NCBI RefSeq assembly: GCF_006345805.1
Contig: NC_043013.1
Location: 9,982,001 to 10,046,000, forward strand
Source: Octopus sinensis
Lineage: Eukaryota
DNA length: 64,000 nucleotides
Reading direction: 5' to 3'
The translations under genes were made by a program, and so were the position numbers. The notes beneath the pieces are model-generated. The model saw only the letters and a program-made list of their open reading frames with translations, had not been told where the DNA came from and ran no database searches. Positions 12,187 to 25,813 of the stretch are shown piece by piece (positions within the stretch are counted from its first letter, which is position 1; the number at the start of each line of letters is the position of its first letter).

Positions 12187-13438
12187 ATAACAACACACGC
12201 CACATAAATAAATCCATTACACACAAGCTGTTTTCTTGAATTCACGCTCACCACTATTTATAATTACATAGGAACGCATGTGTATGCTCTGTTATCGCCC
12301 CTCTTGCACACCCCTGTTGTGGCCAACATGATATCACGCAGGCAGAGGCAATGTAGAATTTGAAAAAAAATGTATTCACAATATCTCACTGCTCCCTGAG
12401 CCTTGTACCAGAGCAGAAAGTATAGCGTGGGGTCCATTCGATAGAACCATGGCAAACCTAGAACTATGGCTGTGTGCATGTCACATGTCACTAATGTGCT
12501 GCGGTTTTCTTGCTCAGGATCACTCAGACTACAACAGCCGCCATTGCATGTCTGTGCACAGAGAAGAAAGAAGCTTAGTGAGTCTTGAAAAGAAATTTAT
12601 TCTTGGCAATGTATTTTTAAGATCGCACAGTGGAAATTGGTTTGAAATTGTAAATTTCTTTATCATTATTGATACTGCTTTCGTAAGATTTATTGTTAAA
12701 TTGCAAGATTAATGTTAAATAAATTAAATAAAAGTTCCTAATGTTACGCAATAAATTGTGTTATACAGAAGACTACGTTTTTCATATCATATATGGAAGA
12801 AATTCGAAATGGCGGAAGTAGACTACTGGATTTGTGGGTCTCATCTAGTCATTCGCTCCACTAGCGATGCATCTAAGAGAAACTAGTTAGCAATAATCTT
12901 GGGAGCTAAACAACTATTTTTACTAAATTCAACAATTAACATTTTAAGAACTCAAAACGAAACATTTACTTCTTAACCCTCTCGTTGCAATGGCTGATAT
13001 GATTTTGTTGTTGTTTAATCAAAGTAACATCAAAGATATTTGGAAATAATTGAATTCACGTCCATATTATTTAGTCAAACAGGTTTTCAATAGTGAAATG
13101 AGAGTGATCAAGCGACATGTATTTCGTCTTAATGTTCTCATGTTTCTTAAGTACACGATTTCACATATATGCATTTATTCAAAACAACCGTATTTTAGTA
13201 CTTTTGTTATAAAAGAAACTGCATAAAAATTTCTGTGGTCCGTTTTCCCTATTAAGCTTAGGCGTGGCTGTGTGGTTAAAAGCTTCCTTTCCACCCACAT
13301 GGTCCTGGGTTCTGTATCACTACATGACACATTGGGCAGGTGACTCCTACAATAGCCTCGAGCCGAGCAAAGCCTTGTGAGACGATGGGGTAGTCAGATG
13401 GAACTTGTAAGAAGCCTCTTGTATATATATATATACAA

Positions 13439-13651
13439 GGCGAGCTGGCAGAAACGTTAGCACGCCGGGCGAAATGCGTAGCCGTATTTCGTCTGCCGTT
13501 ACGTTCTGAGTTCAAATTCCGCCGAGGTCGACTTTGCCTTTCATCCTTTCGGGGTCGATAAATAAAGTACCAGTTACGCACTGGGGTCGATATAATCGAC
13601 TTAATCCCTTTGTTTGTCCCCTCTATGTTTAGCCCCTTGTGGGCAATAAAG

Positions 13652-13655
<4 letters not shown>
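13439..13655 (+). mobile_element. SINE family A, inserted into an older SINE B copy (about 13260-14069)
   Basis: Near-identical to 967-1194. A SINE B 5' part lies at about 13260-13425 and its 3' part at about 13900-14069. Confidence 0.8.
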
Positions 13656-13685
<30 letters not shown>

Positions 13686-14387
13686 TCCTCTCTTGTACAT
13701 CCATTAATGTTATATCGCCCGAAGAAATGAATCCATGGAGATAATCAACCCAATGCCCGTGGGCCCTATGGACTGCGTTGTAATCATTCCAGGAATACGA
13801 ACTGTGATCTTAAGAGACATGTGATTTGTACATAGCGATGCCTTAATTGTTTGTAAATTCCATCCAAGGATTATATGTGTGTGTGTGTGTGGTGTGTGTG
13901 TGTGTCTGTTTGGCACCCACCATCACTTGACAGTCGGCTCCGAGAAAGAGACAGCGGAGAATAAGGACCAGACTTAAAAGATAGTCCTGGGGGTCGATTC
14001 ATTCGACTAAAAACTCCTCAAGGCGTACTCCAGCATGACCGCAGTCTAATGGCTGAAGCAAGTAAAACGAACGTAACCCAACTACAAAAATATTGCGTAA
14101 ATGATATTTTAGAGTTTCTTAAATATTTGTTTCTTTTTTCCTTTTTTCTTTCTTTTTTTTTTTTTTTTTGTTCTGGTATGATTTGTTATTCCGCCGAGAC
14201 AAAATCAAAATCCTATAAACACATAATATATTACCAGACTAAAATGGAATATAGAATTTCATTCTCATTAATTGAGAATACACGATTGGTTTCCTAGAAT
14301 ACTAGAACTGAACGTTGTTTTTATAAACATTGACCGAGATAGAATGCATAATAAATCATATATATGTATGCATACGTGTTTGCATAC

Positions 14388-14418
<31 letters not shown>

Positions 14419-14461
14419 TATATATATATAATATTATATATAAACAAACACACATATATAT

Positions 14462-15670
14462 ACATATGTGTGTTTGTGTATATATGTATATATTATATAC
14501 ATGCATATATATGTATATATACATATATGTGTGTTTGTGTATATATGTATATATATATATACATGCATATATATGTATATATACATATATGTGTGTTTGT
14601 GTATATATGTATATATATATATACATGCATATATATGTATATATACATATATGTGTGTTTGTGTATATATGTATATATATATATACATGCATATATATGT
14701 ATATATACATATATGTGTGTTGTGTATATATGTATATATATATACATGCATATATATGTATATAACATATATGTGTGTTTGTGTATATATGTATATATAT
14801 ATATATCCATGCATATATATGTAATATACATATATGTGTGTTTGTGTATATATGTATATATATATATATACATGCATGATATATATGTATATATCATATA
14901 TGTGTGTTTGTGTATACTATGTATATATATATATACATGCATATATATGTATATATATAATATCTGTGTGTTTTGTATATATTATATATATATATACATG
15001 CATATTATGTATATATACATATATGTGTTTTGTGTATATATGTATATATATATATATACATGCATATATATGTATATATACATATATGTGTGTTTGTGTA
15101 TATATGTATATATATATATACATGCATATATATGTATATATACATATATGTGTGTTTGTGTATATATGTATATATATATATACATGCATATATATGTATA
15201 TATACATATATGTGTGTTTGTGTATATATGTATATATATATATACATGCATATATATGTATATATACATATTGTGTGTTTGTGTATATATGTATTATATA
15301 TATATACCTGCAATATATATGTATATATACATATATGTGTGTTTGTGTATATATGTATATATATATATACTGCATATATATGTATATATACATATATTGT
15401 GTTTGTGTATATATGTATATATATATATATGCATATATATGTATATATACATATATGTGTGTTTGTGTATATATGTATATATATATATATATATACATGC
15501 ATATATATGTATATATACATATATGTGGTTGTGTATATTGCATATATATATATACATGCATATATATGTATATATACATATATGTGTGTTTGTGTATATA
15601 TGTATATATATATATACATGCATATATATGTATATATATATATACATGCATATATATGTATATATACATA
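14462..15670. repeat. About 62-bp minisatellite (about 19-20 copies) built from TA/TG microsatellite pieces
   Basis: Unit catatatgtgtgtttgtgtatatatgtatatatatatatacatgcatatatatgtatatata; the tgca motif recurs at 15061, 15123 and 15185. Confidence 0.9.
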
Positions 15671-16680
15671 TGTGTGTGTGTATGCATATGTACGTAGACA
15701 TATATATATGCCATGTCATACATCACAATAAATATGTGCATACACGCGTGCCTACGTAAATAGGTAATCTTGTATGAATGTACATATTCATGTATATAAG
15801 AATGTGTGTGTGTGAGTGTGTGTGTGTATGCAAGCAAGCGTCTCTTTGTGTGTTTGGGCGTGTATGCGTATATGTTCGTATACGTTCTTCTTTGGGTGTA
15901 TCAGAGCATATAAACTTAAACTGCAAAACTGAAAGAAAAAATATATAATAAACACACACACACACACACATTTACACACATAGATGCATACATACGTGCA
16001 TACATGCATGCAAATGCAAATGAATTGACAGGTGTTTGTACGTGTGTGTGTGTGCGTTTGTGTGTGTGTGCGTTTGTGTGTGTGTGTGAACGCATATATA
16101 TGATTATACACACTACTTGAACGTTTATTATAAAATTATTAAAAGATACAAGCAACTGCAGGGCATAAAAGAAAAACACAGCTTTCTGCTAACTCTTCTC
16201 GAAATTATGTCACAATAAATTGCAAAATAAATAAACAAATGACGATAAACATATAAAAAACAAAATACATTAAACAAAAGATAAAACTGATTATAATAAG
16301 TTAGAATGGTTTTGTAATTACACTAATTGGTGCTAATTATATTCTTGTATATAAACATTGTATTTATGGTGCCTGCAATGGTAAATTAAATGGCACGCGG
16401 TACGTAATATTTTAAATGCATTAAAACATGCATTGCTCTTATATGGTTTTAATGTTTTTGGTATGTTATGCGCTTCCAACATTATGCAAACTTACACAGG
16501 CATCAGTCTTTGGCGTTGGTCGTAATAAACTCGAGGATTATAACCGATCTTATACATGTAACCTGTATTCATTGGAATCTTGTAACTGTTTTCAACGTTT
16601 CGACCAAATTTCGAATAACAGACATGCACACGCATCCGTCTAACCGTTTCCCATTAGCATATGTGTGTTGATGTGTCTGC

Positions 16681-16731
<51 letters not shown>

Positions 16732-17108
16732 TGTGTGAGCGTGTGTGTGTATATATATATATATATATAACAAAATTAGAAAATGGAGAAACTTACTTAA
16801 ATCAATCAAACATCAACCATCAGATGATACCCAAACAATACTTTATTACACCATTACATAACAGTAAAGGCATTATACAAAATATATTGTAATATTCTTA
16901 TATGTTATCCCATGGTGGGTTGAATTTTCAACCCCTATCTCATTTTATATATATATATATATATAGGGGAAAGTAAGAAAATCAACGAAAATGCTCATTG
17001 TAAATAAAAAAAAGGCTTTTATTTACAATGTGTATTTTCGTTGATTTTTTCTTACTTTCCCCTTACATTACCACGTGTAGTTTCTATTTTCTTTCTGTAA
17101 CATATTTC

Positions 17109-17152
<44 letters not shown>

Positions 17153-17802
17153 GCGAAGACCTGGCACGATATATGTAAAGAATTTTGAGAAATTTGAAAA
17201 GAAAATACGAAACTAGGTATTTTTTCAAAAAACTGTTACTATACGCAATATTTTATAACATTTTTTTAACATATCGATTTAAATATATTCTTTAACCATA
17301 TAACACAAGCCTTCTGTAGTTTTTTCCCTTTTTTGTCTTTTATACATCAAGCCACGTGCTTTCAAATACCAACTCTCTCACCTATATATATATATATATA
17401 TATATTATGTGTGTGTGTGTGTGTATATATATATGTGTGTGTATATATATTTAAATTAATGTCTATTCGTCCTTCTGTTAGTCTCCTCTCTGTCTCTCTG
17501 AATACATACAGAAACGCATACACACACGCGCATGCACACCAAGAACACACACGCACACACATATTTACAATCAGATCGACAGATATACATACGCGCGTAC
17601 GCACACATACAGATCTATCATAAGCACATGTCTAAAATTTCGCCTCAATTGTGACTAGAGTTTCACTCAAAATTCATTTAATGTCCTCGAAAACATTGCT
17701 TTGAACCTTATGAGCTTTCAAATACTCAGTTCTGTACGAACTTCTACCAATACCCTACCCAACTTATGATTCCATTGTCATTTTTATCAATCACTAACAA
17801 TC

Positions 17803-18395
17803 ATTTCTACTCTTGGCACAAGACCTGAAATTTTGGGGGAGGAGGAGCAGTCGATTAAATCGACCGCAGTAAGTAGTTGGTATTTAAGTTATCGGCCCCG
17901 AAAAGATGAATGGCAAAGTCGACCTCGGCGGAATTTGAACTCAGAACGTAACAGCAGACGAAATACATATTTCTTTACTACTCACAAGGGGCTAAACACA
18001 GAGAGGACAAACAAGGACAGACAGACGGATTAAGTCGATTATATCAACCCCAGTACGTAACTGGTACTTATTTAATCGACCCCGAAAGGATGAAAGGCAC
18101 AATCGACCTCGGCGGAATTTGAACTGAGAACGTAGCGGCAGACGAAATGCCACCAAGCATTTTACCCGGCGTGCTAACGATTCTTATTTCTTATTTCTTT
18201 ATTGCTCACAAGGGGACAAACAAGAACAGACAAAGGGATTAAGTCGGTTACATCGACCTCAGTGCGTAAGTGGTACTTAATTTATCGACCCCAAAGGATG
18301 AAATGTAAAGTCGACCTCGGCGGCATTTGAACTCAGAACGTAACGGCAGACGAAATACGGCTACGCATTTCGCCCAGCGTGCTAACGATTCTGCC
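17803..18395 (-). mobile_element. Head-to-tail trimer of SINE family A
   Basis: Three successive gtcgacctcggcgg(a/c)atttgaact cores on the minus strand; the last unit has a different tail. Confidence 0.8.
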
Positions 18396-18748
18396 AAGTC
18401 AAACGCTTGATAAAATTTTATATGTAATACACGGTAAGCTACATGCAGATAAAAGCCATCATACGATTGGTCGATGATACAGCGGTCAAAAACCTCATAT
18501 CGTATTTAAAGATTGTTAATAAGAAGTTAATGATTTATGTTTTTCTACTGTTACATTATTTATTAGCAATATACCAATATTGAATATGGCTACAGATGTA
18601 TGTGTGATGTTTACATGAGTATGTATGTATGTAATTAATTGTGGATATAAACAACCTTTTTAAAGTGGTTATATATGTTGAGAATAATGTTAAATAATAA
18701 TGATTATGATATTGTTAAAACTGGTTATATATATATATATATATATAT

Positions 18749-18962
18749 CAAAGTGTGACCGCGTGTGTACCGTTGACGATTTTTTCCCTCTGTCTTCTCT
18801 TCCTCGGAACTTTCCTTTTTCTATGTTTCTGACGAAGAGCTCCGCTCGAAAGGTTACATCCTCCTTCTTTCTTTCTTTCCTTTCCTGAGCGTCCAATAAC
18901 ACTATATTTGTTCCACGTCCTCGCGTTGTTGTGTTTTCTCTTTGTGTTTTCCTGTTTGGATT
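18749..18962 (+). mobile_element. Short PLE-derived element (family H2) with hammerhead motif at 18825-18859, preceded by (TA)n
   Basis: gttt-CUGACGA-A-GAGC(UCC)GCUC-GAA-AGGU-U-acat. The core is intact; stem III and the 3' strand of stem I are mutated. Confidence 0.65.
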
Positions 18963-20457
18963 TCTTCAAGGGTTTTTTAATCGAAAAAATCGACCCCAGG
19001 ACGTTTTGTTTTTAAAGCCTGGTACTTATTATTCTGTCGGTACTTTTAGCGAACCGCTAAGTTAAAGCGACGGACATATAACAACACCCGTTCTCAAGCG
19101 GTGAGGGGGCGGCGGCAAACACACACACACACACACACTGACACAAACACAACCACACACACACACAACACACACACACACACACACATAAACACACACA
19201 TTCACACGCACACATATCAGGTGAGTAGATTAATTTCTTTTGTTGTTCGGAAACCGGTTAAATGCAAAACGCTGATTTCAGATTTGTGAATCTTCATAAA
19301 AATAGAAAAGATATATATATATAATATATATAAATTAAATACACGCGTTTGTATCACACACACACACGCACACACACACGCACACACACACATACACACA
19401 CACACACACACATACACACACACACACACGAATACGCATGTGCGAGTTCAAGTATTCGAGTGATTTAGTCAATAGTTTACTCGTCAAACATGAAGATAAA
19501 CCGAGGAAATACCTTTTGAAGTTCATCAAAATACTATTAGTTGTTTAATAGTGAACACACACAAACATATACATGCCTGAGTATACCTGTGTGTGTGTGT
19601 GTGTGTGCGTGTGCGTGTAGACGAACGTGTTGGCTACAAGAAACGGAAGGGTCTTTGGAGCTCTTGATGACCGGCTTGAAATTAAATACCCATTAGTTGA
19701 ACCCACGGCGCTGATTTGCTGCCGTAAGTATCAGGTTCAACCGAGCTCATTCTCGTTTGCAACACACTCCTCTCTCTCTCACCCTCTCTTTCTTCCCCTT
19801 TCTCTCTCTCCCTCTCTTTCTTCCCCTTTCTCTCTCTCTCTCGCTCCCATCGTTTGTTCACCATCCTCTCCTCTATATAACTCTCTCATTCTGCCTTTTT
19901 TCTGTCCATATTTTAATCGCTCATTTAGTTTCACTCTGTCTGTCTCTCTCTCTCTTTTCCCGCCTCTCTTACTATATAATTATTTTGTCATTTGCTGTAT
20001 TCTCTCTTTATTAAGCCATTTGGTCAGTTATTATGGAAGTTAAGTAGAGTAAATAGTGTTTTGCTAGTCAATTTGTTACACCTCGTTGCTGTAGTTGTTA
20101 TCTGTATTAATGGGAAAAACACATACCCGCACACACACCCACAAACACACACACACACATAGACACGCACGCAAACGCACAATCACTCATACACGCAAAC
20201 ACAAACACAATTATTCACATAAACATACACACACACAGACACTTCACAAACACCATACGCAAATTTAAACACGCGTATTAGTAACAAGGGAGTTATTCTT
20301 TTATTTTTGTAAGAAAGCAACTGCGTGATCACTCAGTCTGCTAGAAATAACAGTCAAATCATTTTCAAATAACGACATACAATCTTAATTTGATCTGCAC
20401 TTGTGGTTGCGATCACGGTCAACATCGAATGAACTTAGGCTACAATGACAATGTCAT

Positions 20458-20493
<36 letters not shown>

Positions 20494-20511
20494 ATAATAA
20501 TAATAATAATA

Positions 20512-20952
20512 TTCTGCTCAATACTGCAGATTTGCTTGTCAGTTGTTTGACCTTAACAAGTTGAGCATGTCCCTTAGTGGCTGACAATACGAGCATCTCT
20601 GATCACGAGCAGAAGTAGTGGGGGAGCATCATAGCCATGTGTTGAGAGGGATTCTTTGGAGTTTGAATAATTCACCTCTGGAACATAGGTGTTTCGTTCA
20701 ACATCCTAAAGCAACCCTTATTCAGGGACCTTTTTGAGCATGATGGACTACTCGACCTGAAGAAATTCTAACTGGGCCCCACCTGCAAGGTCATGTTCTG
20801 TTTATCTTGATATAGATATCACCATGTCGCGCACATATGGTTGTGATGCATGTGCTGTGGTACCTTTATCAGACGGTAGTCAATGGTGGTATGCTGGGCT
20901 TCGTATATTTTACCCCAGTGTCACTGTGATGGCATACACGGCTCTCTCACTC

Positions 20953-20954
<2 letters not shown>
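20512..20954 (+). mobile_element. Probable 3' portion of a non-LTR retroelement embedded in (AAT)n
   Basis: About 440 bp of higher-GC sequence flanked on both sides by (AAT)n tracts; no coding motif recognised. Confidence 0.35.
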
Positions 20955-20988
<34 letters not shown>

Positions 20989-21482
20989 TATTATTATTAT
21001 TATTATAAGTAACAGCAAAAGAACGAGACCTCGATATCAGATAAATAGAGGATTATTTATATATGTTATAATCCAGAACAAACAATAAAAAGTTGTCATT
21101 ATAGTATTCGGAGTTTCAAATGCCGGAGCGAAGAGCTACGATGCATTCTCGTCTGTTGCTTACCATTAATATCCGACATTCGAAACTCCGAGTACTCTAA
21201 TGATTACTTTTTACTGTTTGTTCTAAATTATAACATATATATATGATTGTGTATAGAAGATTGAAGTTCAAGCCTTGTCTGATTTTCACGTTTTATTATT
21301 TACAACGTTTTTCAATTTTACAATATTAAACTAAACTAGCACTTGCATGCGTTACGCAATTATTTGGTTTATGTAATGACAGTTGTGGAACACGACTTTT
21401 ACTATATAAATCCGATGATTGCATAACGTATGAAAGTGGTAGTTTATTTCATTATATATATGTACACACACACACACACACA

Positions 21483-21522
<40 letters not shown>

Positions 21523-21972
21523 TATAATTGCTCTACAATTATGACTCATCGGAACTTTCAACTAGTATGCATGTCTCATTTAAAATAAAGCATAAATATG
21601 CATACGTTCGATTCCTGAAATGTTCAGATTTGGGTTATTACTGCATATGTACCCTACTTGAGCAACTAGATATTTTACTCATACACGTCACAAATAATCA
21701 TACTTATCATATTTTGTATAGAATTAATATCAAGTAGAGATTTTGTTGTACGCAAACTTGTGCAACAGAAATGACATACACCAATGGCCAATATTTCAAA
21801 TGGTTCTCTACGGGTCATAATTGCCGGGCATGTACATATATTAATTCTATAAAGTTACTTTAAAATCAGTAGTTCATTATGTCCAAAAGTATTTACTGCT
21901 GATAAGTCAGTATTCAACGAGTAGATAAGATTAACGGAAAATATTCACTGGACGACTTAATATTAGTTTTTA

Positions 21973-22072
21973 NNNNNNNNNNNNNNNNNNNNNNNNNNNN
22001 NNNNNNNNNNNNNNNNNNNNNNNNNNNNNNNNNNNNNNNNNNNNNNNNNNNNNNNNNNNNNNNNNNNNNNNN
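21973..22072. other. Assembly gap (100 N, true size unknown)
   Basis: Run of exactly 100 N. Confidence 1.
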
Positions 22073-23050
22073 TGTGTATGTGTGTGCGTGTGCGTATGTG
22101 TACATCCCTTAGAACTTTGTGGATGTTCATTAGATATTATAATATACCTTTTATTTTGCTCATGTTCGTCGAATGCTTATACTAATACTTGTATATTTGT
22201 GCTTGTGTATATGTGTGAGTGTATGTGCATGTACATGCATATATGTCATGTGTGCGTATATATATGTGTATGTGTGTGAGTGTGTGTGTGTGTATGACTG
22301 TATATTATACATACATAGAAGTTAGTCTTCCAACCACATGGAACCAGTTTGATAAGTGCCGCGGCACGAAACTATTCGCCTTGAGTCACTCTGTAACTTC
22401 TGCTAATTATTAATAAAGAAATATGTATATGATAATATACACCCACTTCCCTTCTCTATAAAGTTCCTTAATCTGCTTTGCTATATATTTTTTAAAATTT
22501 TTATAATTTGTATATATTTATTTTATTATAAATGCAAAACAACACCTCACACTCACCTCCCGAGTTTTGTTTTACATACAGTATGTGCGATTCTTTGTTT
22601 ACCTATCTTCGGTACACTACGTATTTTCTTTTAATGTAGTTTAATTAATGTGTTATACAGTACAGTAGTGTACTATATTTTATATTTATTAATTTATTAA
22701 TTTCTAGGCGTGAGAATGCTTATTTTACCACAGAAATAATTAAAATCTTAAAAAAATATAAATGCCCATCGGCCGCAGAAACCCGTAATATAATAAGGAG
22801 TCCGCGATATAAATTTACATCTATTAGCCAGAAGAATCTGCGATAGGTGAACTGCAAGTATGGCGAGTGATTACTATATATATATATATATGCACATACA
22901 CTGTGCTAAGATTTTCAACAAATAGTATAGCACTCGGACAGTTAAGAGTGTAAAGATTTTATTGTAATAAAAATTTTCGTGAAATACCGCAATATTTCGG
23001 CCATGAAACCCAAGGTAGCTCTATTTCATACGACGTCTTGTCTATTTTAT

Positions 23051-23082
<32 letters not shown>

Positions 23083-23136
23083 TGTATGTATGTATGTATG
23101 TATGTATGTATGTATGTGTGTATGTATGTATGTATG

Positions 23137-23168
<32 letters not shown>

Positions 23169-23180
23169 TGCGTGCGTGGC

Positions 23181-23216
<36 letters not shown>

Positions 23217-23613
23217 ATGTGTGTGTGTGTGTGTGTGTGTGTTGTGTGTGTGTGCGCGCGTGCGTGCGTGCGTGCGTGCATGTATGTATGTATGTATGTA
23301 TGTATGTAGGCATGCACGTATGTATGCATGTATGTATGTATGTAATATACGGATGTATGCATGCATTGATGCATGCACGTGTATGTGTGTGTGTGTGTCT
23401 GGAGAGAGAGAGATGGGTCGATAGATGCATATATATATATGTTGTATGTTGGCATGTTTTTGTATGTTTGTGTGCTTTCGTGTATAGTGTGTGTGTGTGT
23501 GTCCGTTAGAACTTGTGGGCATTCATTATATATTATAACATACTTTTATTTTTATATTTTGTTTATTTTATATTGGGAGAGAGAGAGATAGAGATGGATG
23601 GATGGATAGATAG

Positions 23614-23644
<31 letters not shown>

Positions 23645-24521
23645 GACAGATATATAGATAGATAGATAGACAGATAGATAGATAGATAGATAGACAGATA
23701 TATAGATAGATAGATAGATAGACAGATATATAGATAGATAGAAAGATAGATAGATAGATAGACAGATATATAGATAGATAGAAAGATAGATAGATAGATA
23801 GACAGATAGACAGATATACATATAGATAGACGGATAGATAGATAGATAGATAGATATATAGATAGAGAACATAAGTACGATTTCTTTATTTCTTTAGTTG
23901 AACTTAATATCTCAGATTTGCAAAAGTCAACGTTGCTGTGCTTTCTTCCAATCCACAGCAATATGCAAAGCAATGCAATGACATATACATTCGATAGGTG
24001 CGTTAGCTTTACTTCACTTTAAACACACATAAAACAGATTATATACGCACTATTTTATGGATGTATCAAAGACCATTTTGAATTATGCTATTGCGGTGGA
24101 ATAAGTTATTTTCCATAAAACTTACTTCAACTCAGTTAGTAACAGTCATTTTTGATGCCATTGTAAATAACATTTATTCGTGATTTACAAGAATTATTAC
24201 TGCTTTTATGATTTAGATTCTTTAAAGTAATGACTGTTACCTGTCATTCAAGATACATTCTTTAGGTGCGAACACAGCATGGACATTTTATAAGTTTATG
24301 TGAGAAAAGGACGTGTATGAATGTAAGAATGCGTACCTGTATGGGAGCATGTATGTATTTAAGAATGTATGAGAATATTTTACAGCTACGTTTGTGTGCA
24401 TATATAATATATATGTGTTTGTTTGCCTCTGTGTGTGTTTGTTTGCTTGTACGTATATGTAAGAATTTATAGATACATATATTATGTTATATTTTAGGAT
24501 AACGAAAAGTAATGTCGTATT

Positions 24522-24722
24522 TTGAAGCTATCAGAAGTTGAAGAGGGTCCGTATCAAAGTACTGCAGAGTTGCCCAGGTGGCTTAATAACCTTTGGTCCA
24601 TTGTACAAGATCATCTGAAGCAGATTAGGGAACTTTATAGAGAAGGGAAGTGGATATTTCATGAGCTGTCCCCTGAGAATAAAGCGGTGCGCTCAATAAT
24701 TTGTACCAATTTGCTAACCTGA
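24522..24722 (+). mobile_element. Mariner transposase fragment (HTH and WVPHEL linker region), decayed
   Basis: EEGPYQSTAELPRWLNNLWSIVQDHLKQIRELYREGKWIFHELSPENKAVRSIICTNLLT; GKWIFHEL corresponds to the mariner WVPHEL motif. Confidence 0.8.
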
Positions 24723-25209
24723 GAGAAACAAACACCTTCAAAAACACGCGCGCGCGCACCGTTTTTCCATTTGGATTACAGATTCTTAGTATGAATTTGA
24801 GTGTTGAACTATATGTTTCTTTTTTTATTATTTCTGGAAGTTCACTGCTCTAATTTATAAACACCCGTGTTCGTTCAATTTTGCACCTTTATTATTCGAC
24901 AATTAGTTAGCTATTTAACAAACTAATAAATTGCTTCGTTAATTATTCAACCAATCAATCATTTAATTGTGTTTATTAAAGAACTTTTGTCGCTACTCAT
25001 GAAGTATTAAAGACATGTTCTATCAATTTCAAGTCAGCTTCAGGTCTATCTGTTTAGTAGTTTGACTATGCAAACAATTGCTTGCTTATTTGATTAAATA
25101 CCTTACCAATTCACGAATAATAAGTAAGTTATATTTAATCAATAAATATGTTTATAACGGATGTTATAACCCTCTCAAGATACATCGAAATCCATCCATC
25201 TATCCATCC

Positions 25210-25244
<35 letters not shown>

Positions 25245-25400
25245 TCTTATCGTCTTTGACGGTGGAACTCTAAGGACATAGTGATAAAGATTTGAACACT
25301 GTTAAAATTATACTTCAGACTCTTTAACCAAATATTTACATGCTATTATTTACAAGCTTCTCTACTTCACGTTTCACCTTCTAGAAACCTGTTTTGTGAC

Positions 25401-25439
<39 letters not shown>

Positions 25440-25813
25440 CCAAATTAAGAAATGTTGAGCTGACGAAAGAAATGTCGAGTTTTAATTCGGCTAATCTAGG
25501 AACGTGAGCGTTCTCAAATAATCTTTGTACATGTGATATTTTGTTGTTTTCCCTCCAGATCTACGTGAATTATTTTTGAGTAAGCACTATCAGGGAGATT
25601 CTTCTTAAAGTAGTAGAAATGGCTAAAGAAACTTTTTGGCTGCTATTTCTAAAAATTTCAGTATGTGGCAAAGTAAATTATTTTACTGAGCCCTTAATTA
25701 TATAAAGTAATATTTTGAATACGCCTTGAATTGTCCTTTTACATACTGAACACTACTTGGTGAAATTAATTAATAACTAATTGATTTTACCCTTAATTAT
25801 TGATATATATATA

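Noticed and set aside
14272-15759. 495-aa ORF and overlapping Y/I/C/M/V-rich ORFs
   Set aside because: Translation of a TA/TG minisatellite that lacks stops by composition; no protein features. The same applies to the ORFs at about 370-780, 23000-23500, 28300-28960 and 60200-61450.
22100-22150. About 50-bp similarity to 23503-23548 (ttagaactt..gtgg..ttcatta.atattataa)
   Set aside because: Short, AT-rich and diverged; at most an old local duplication, too weak to interpret.
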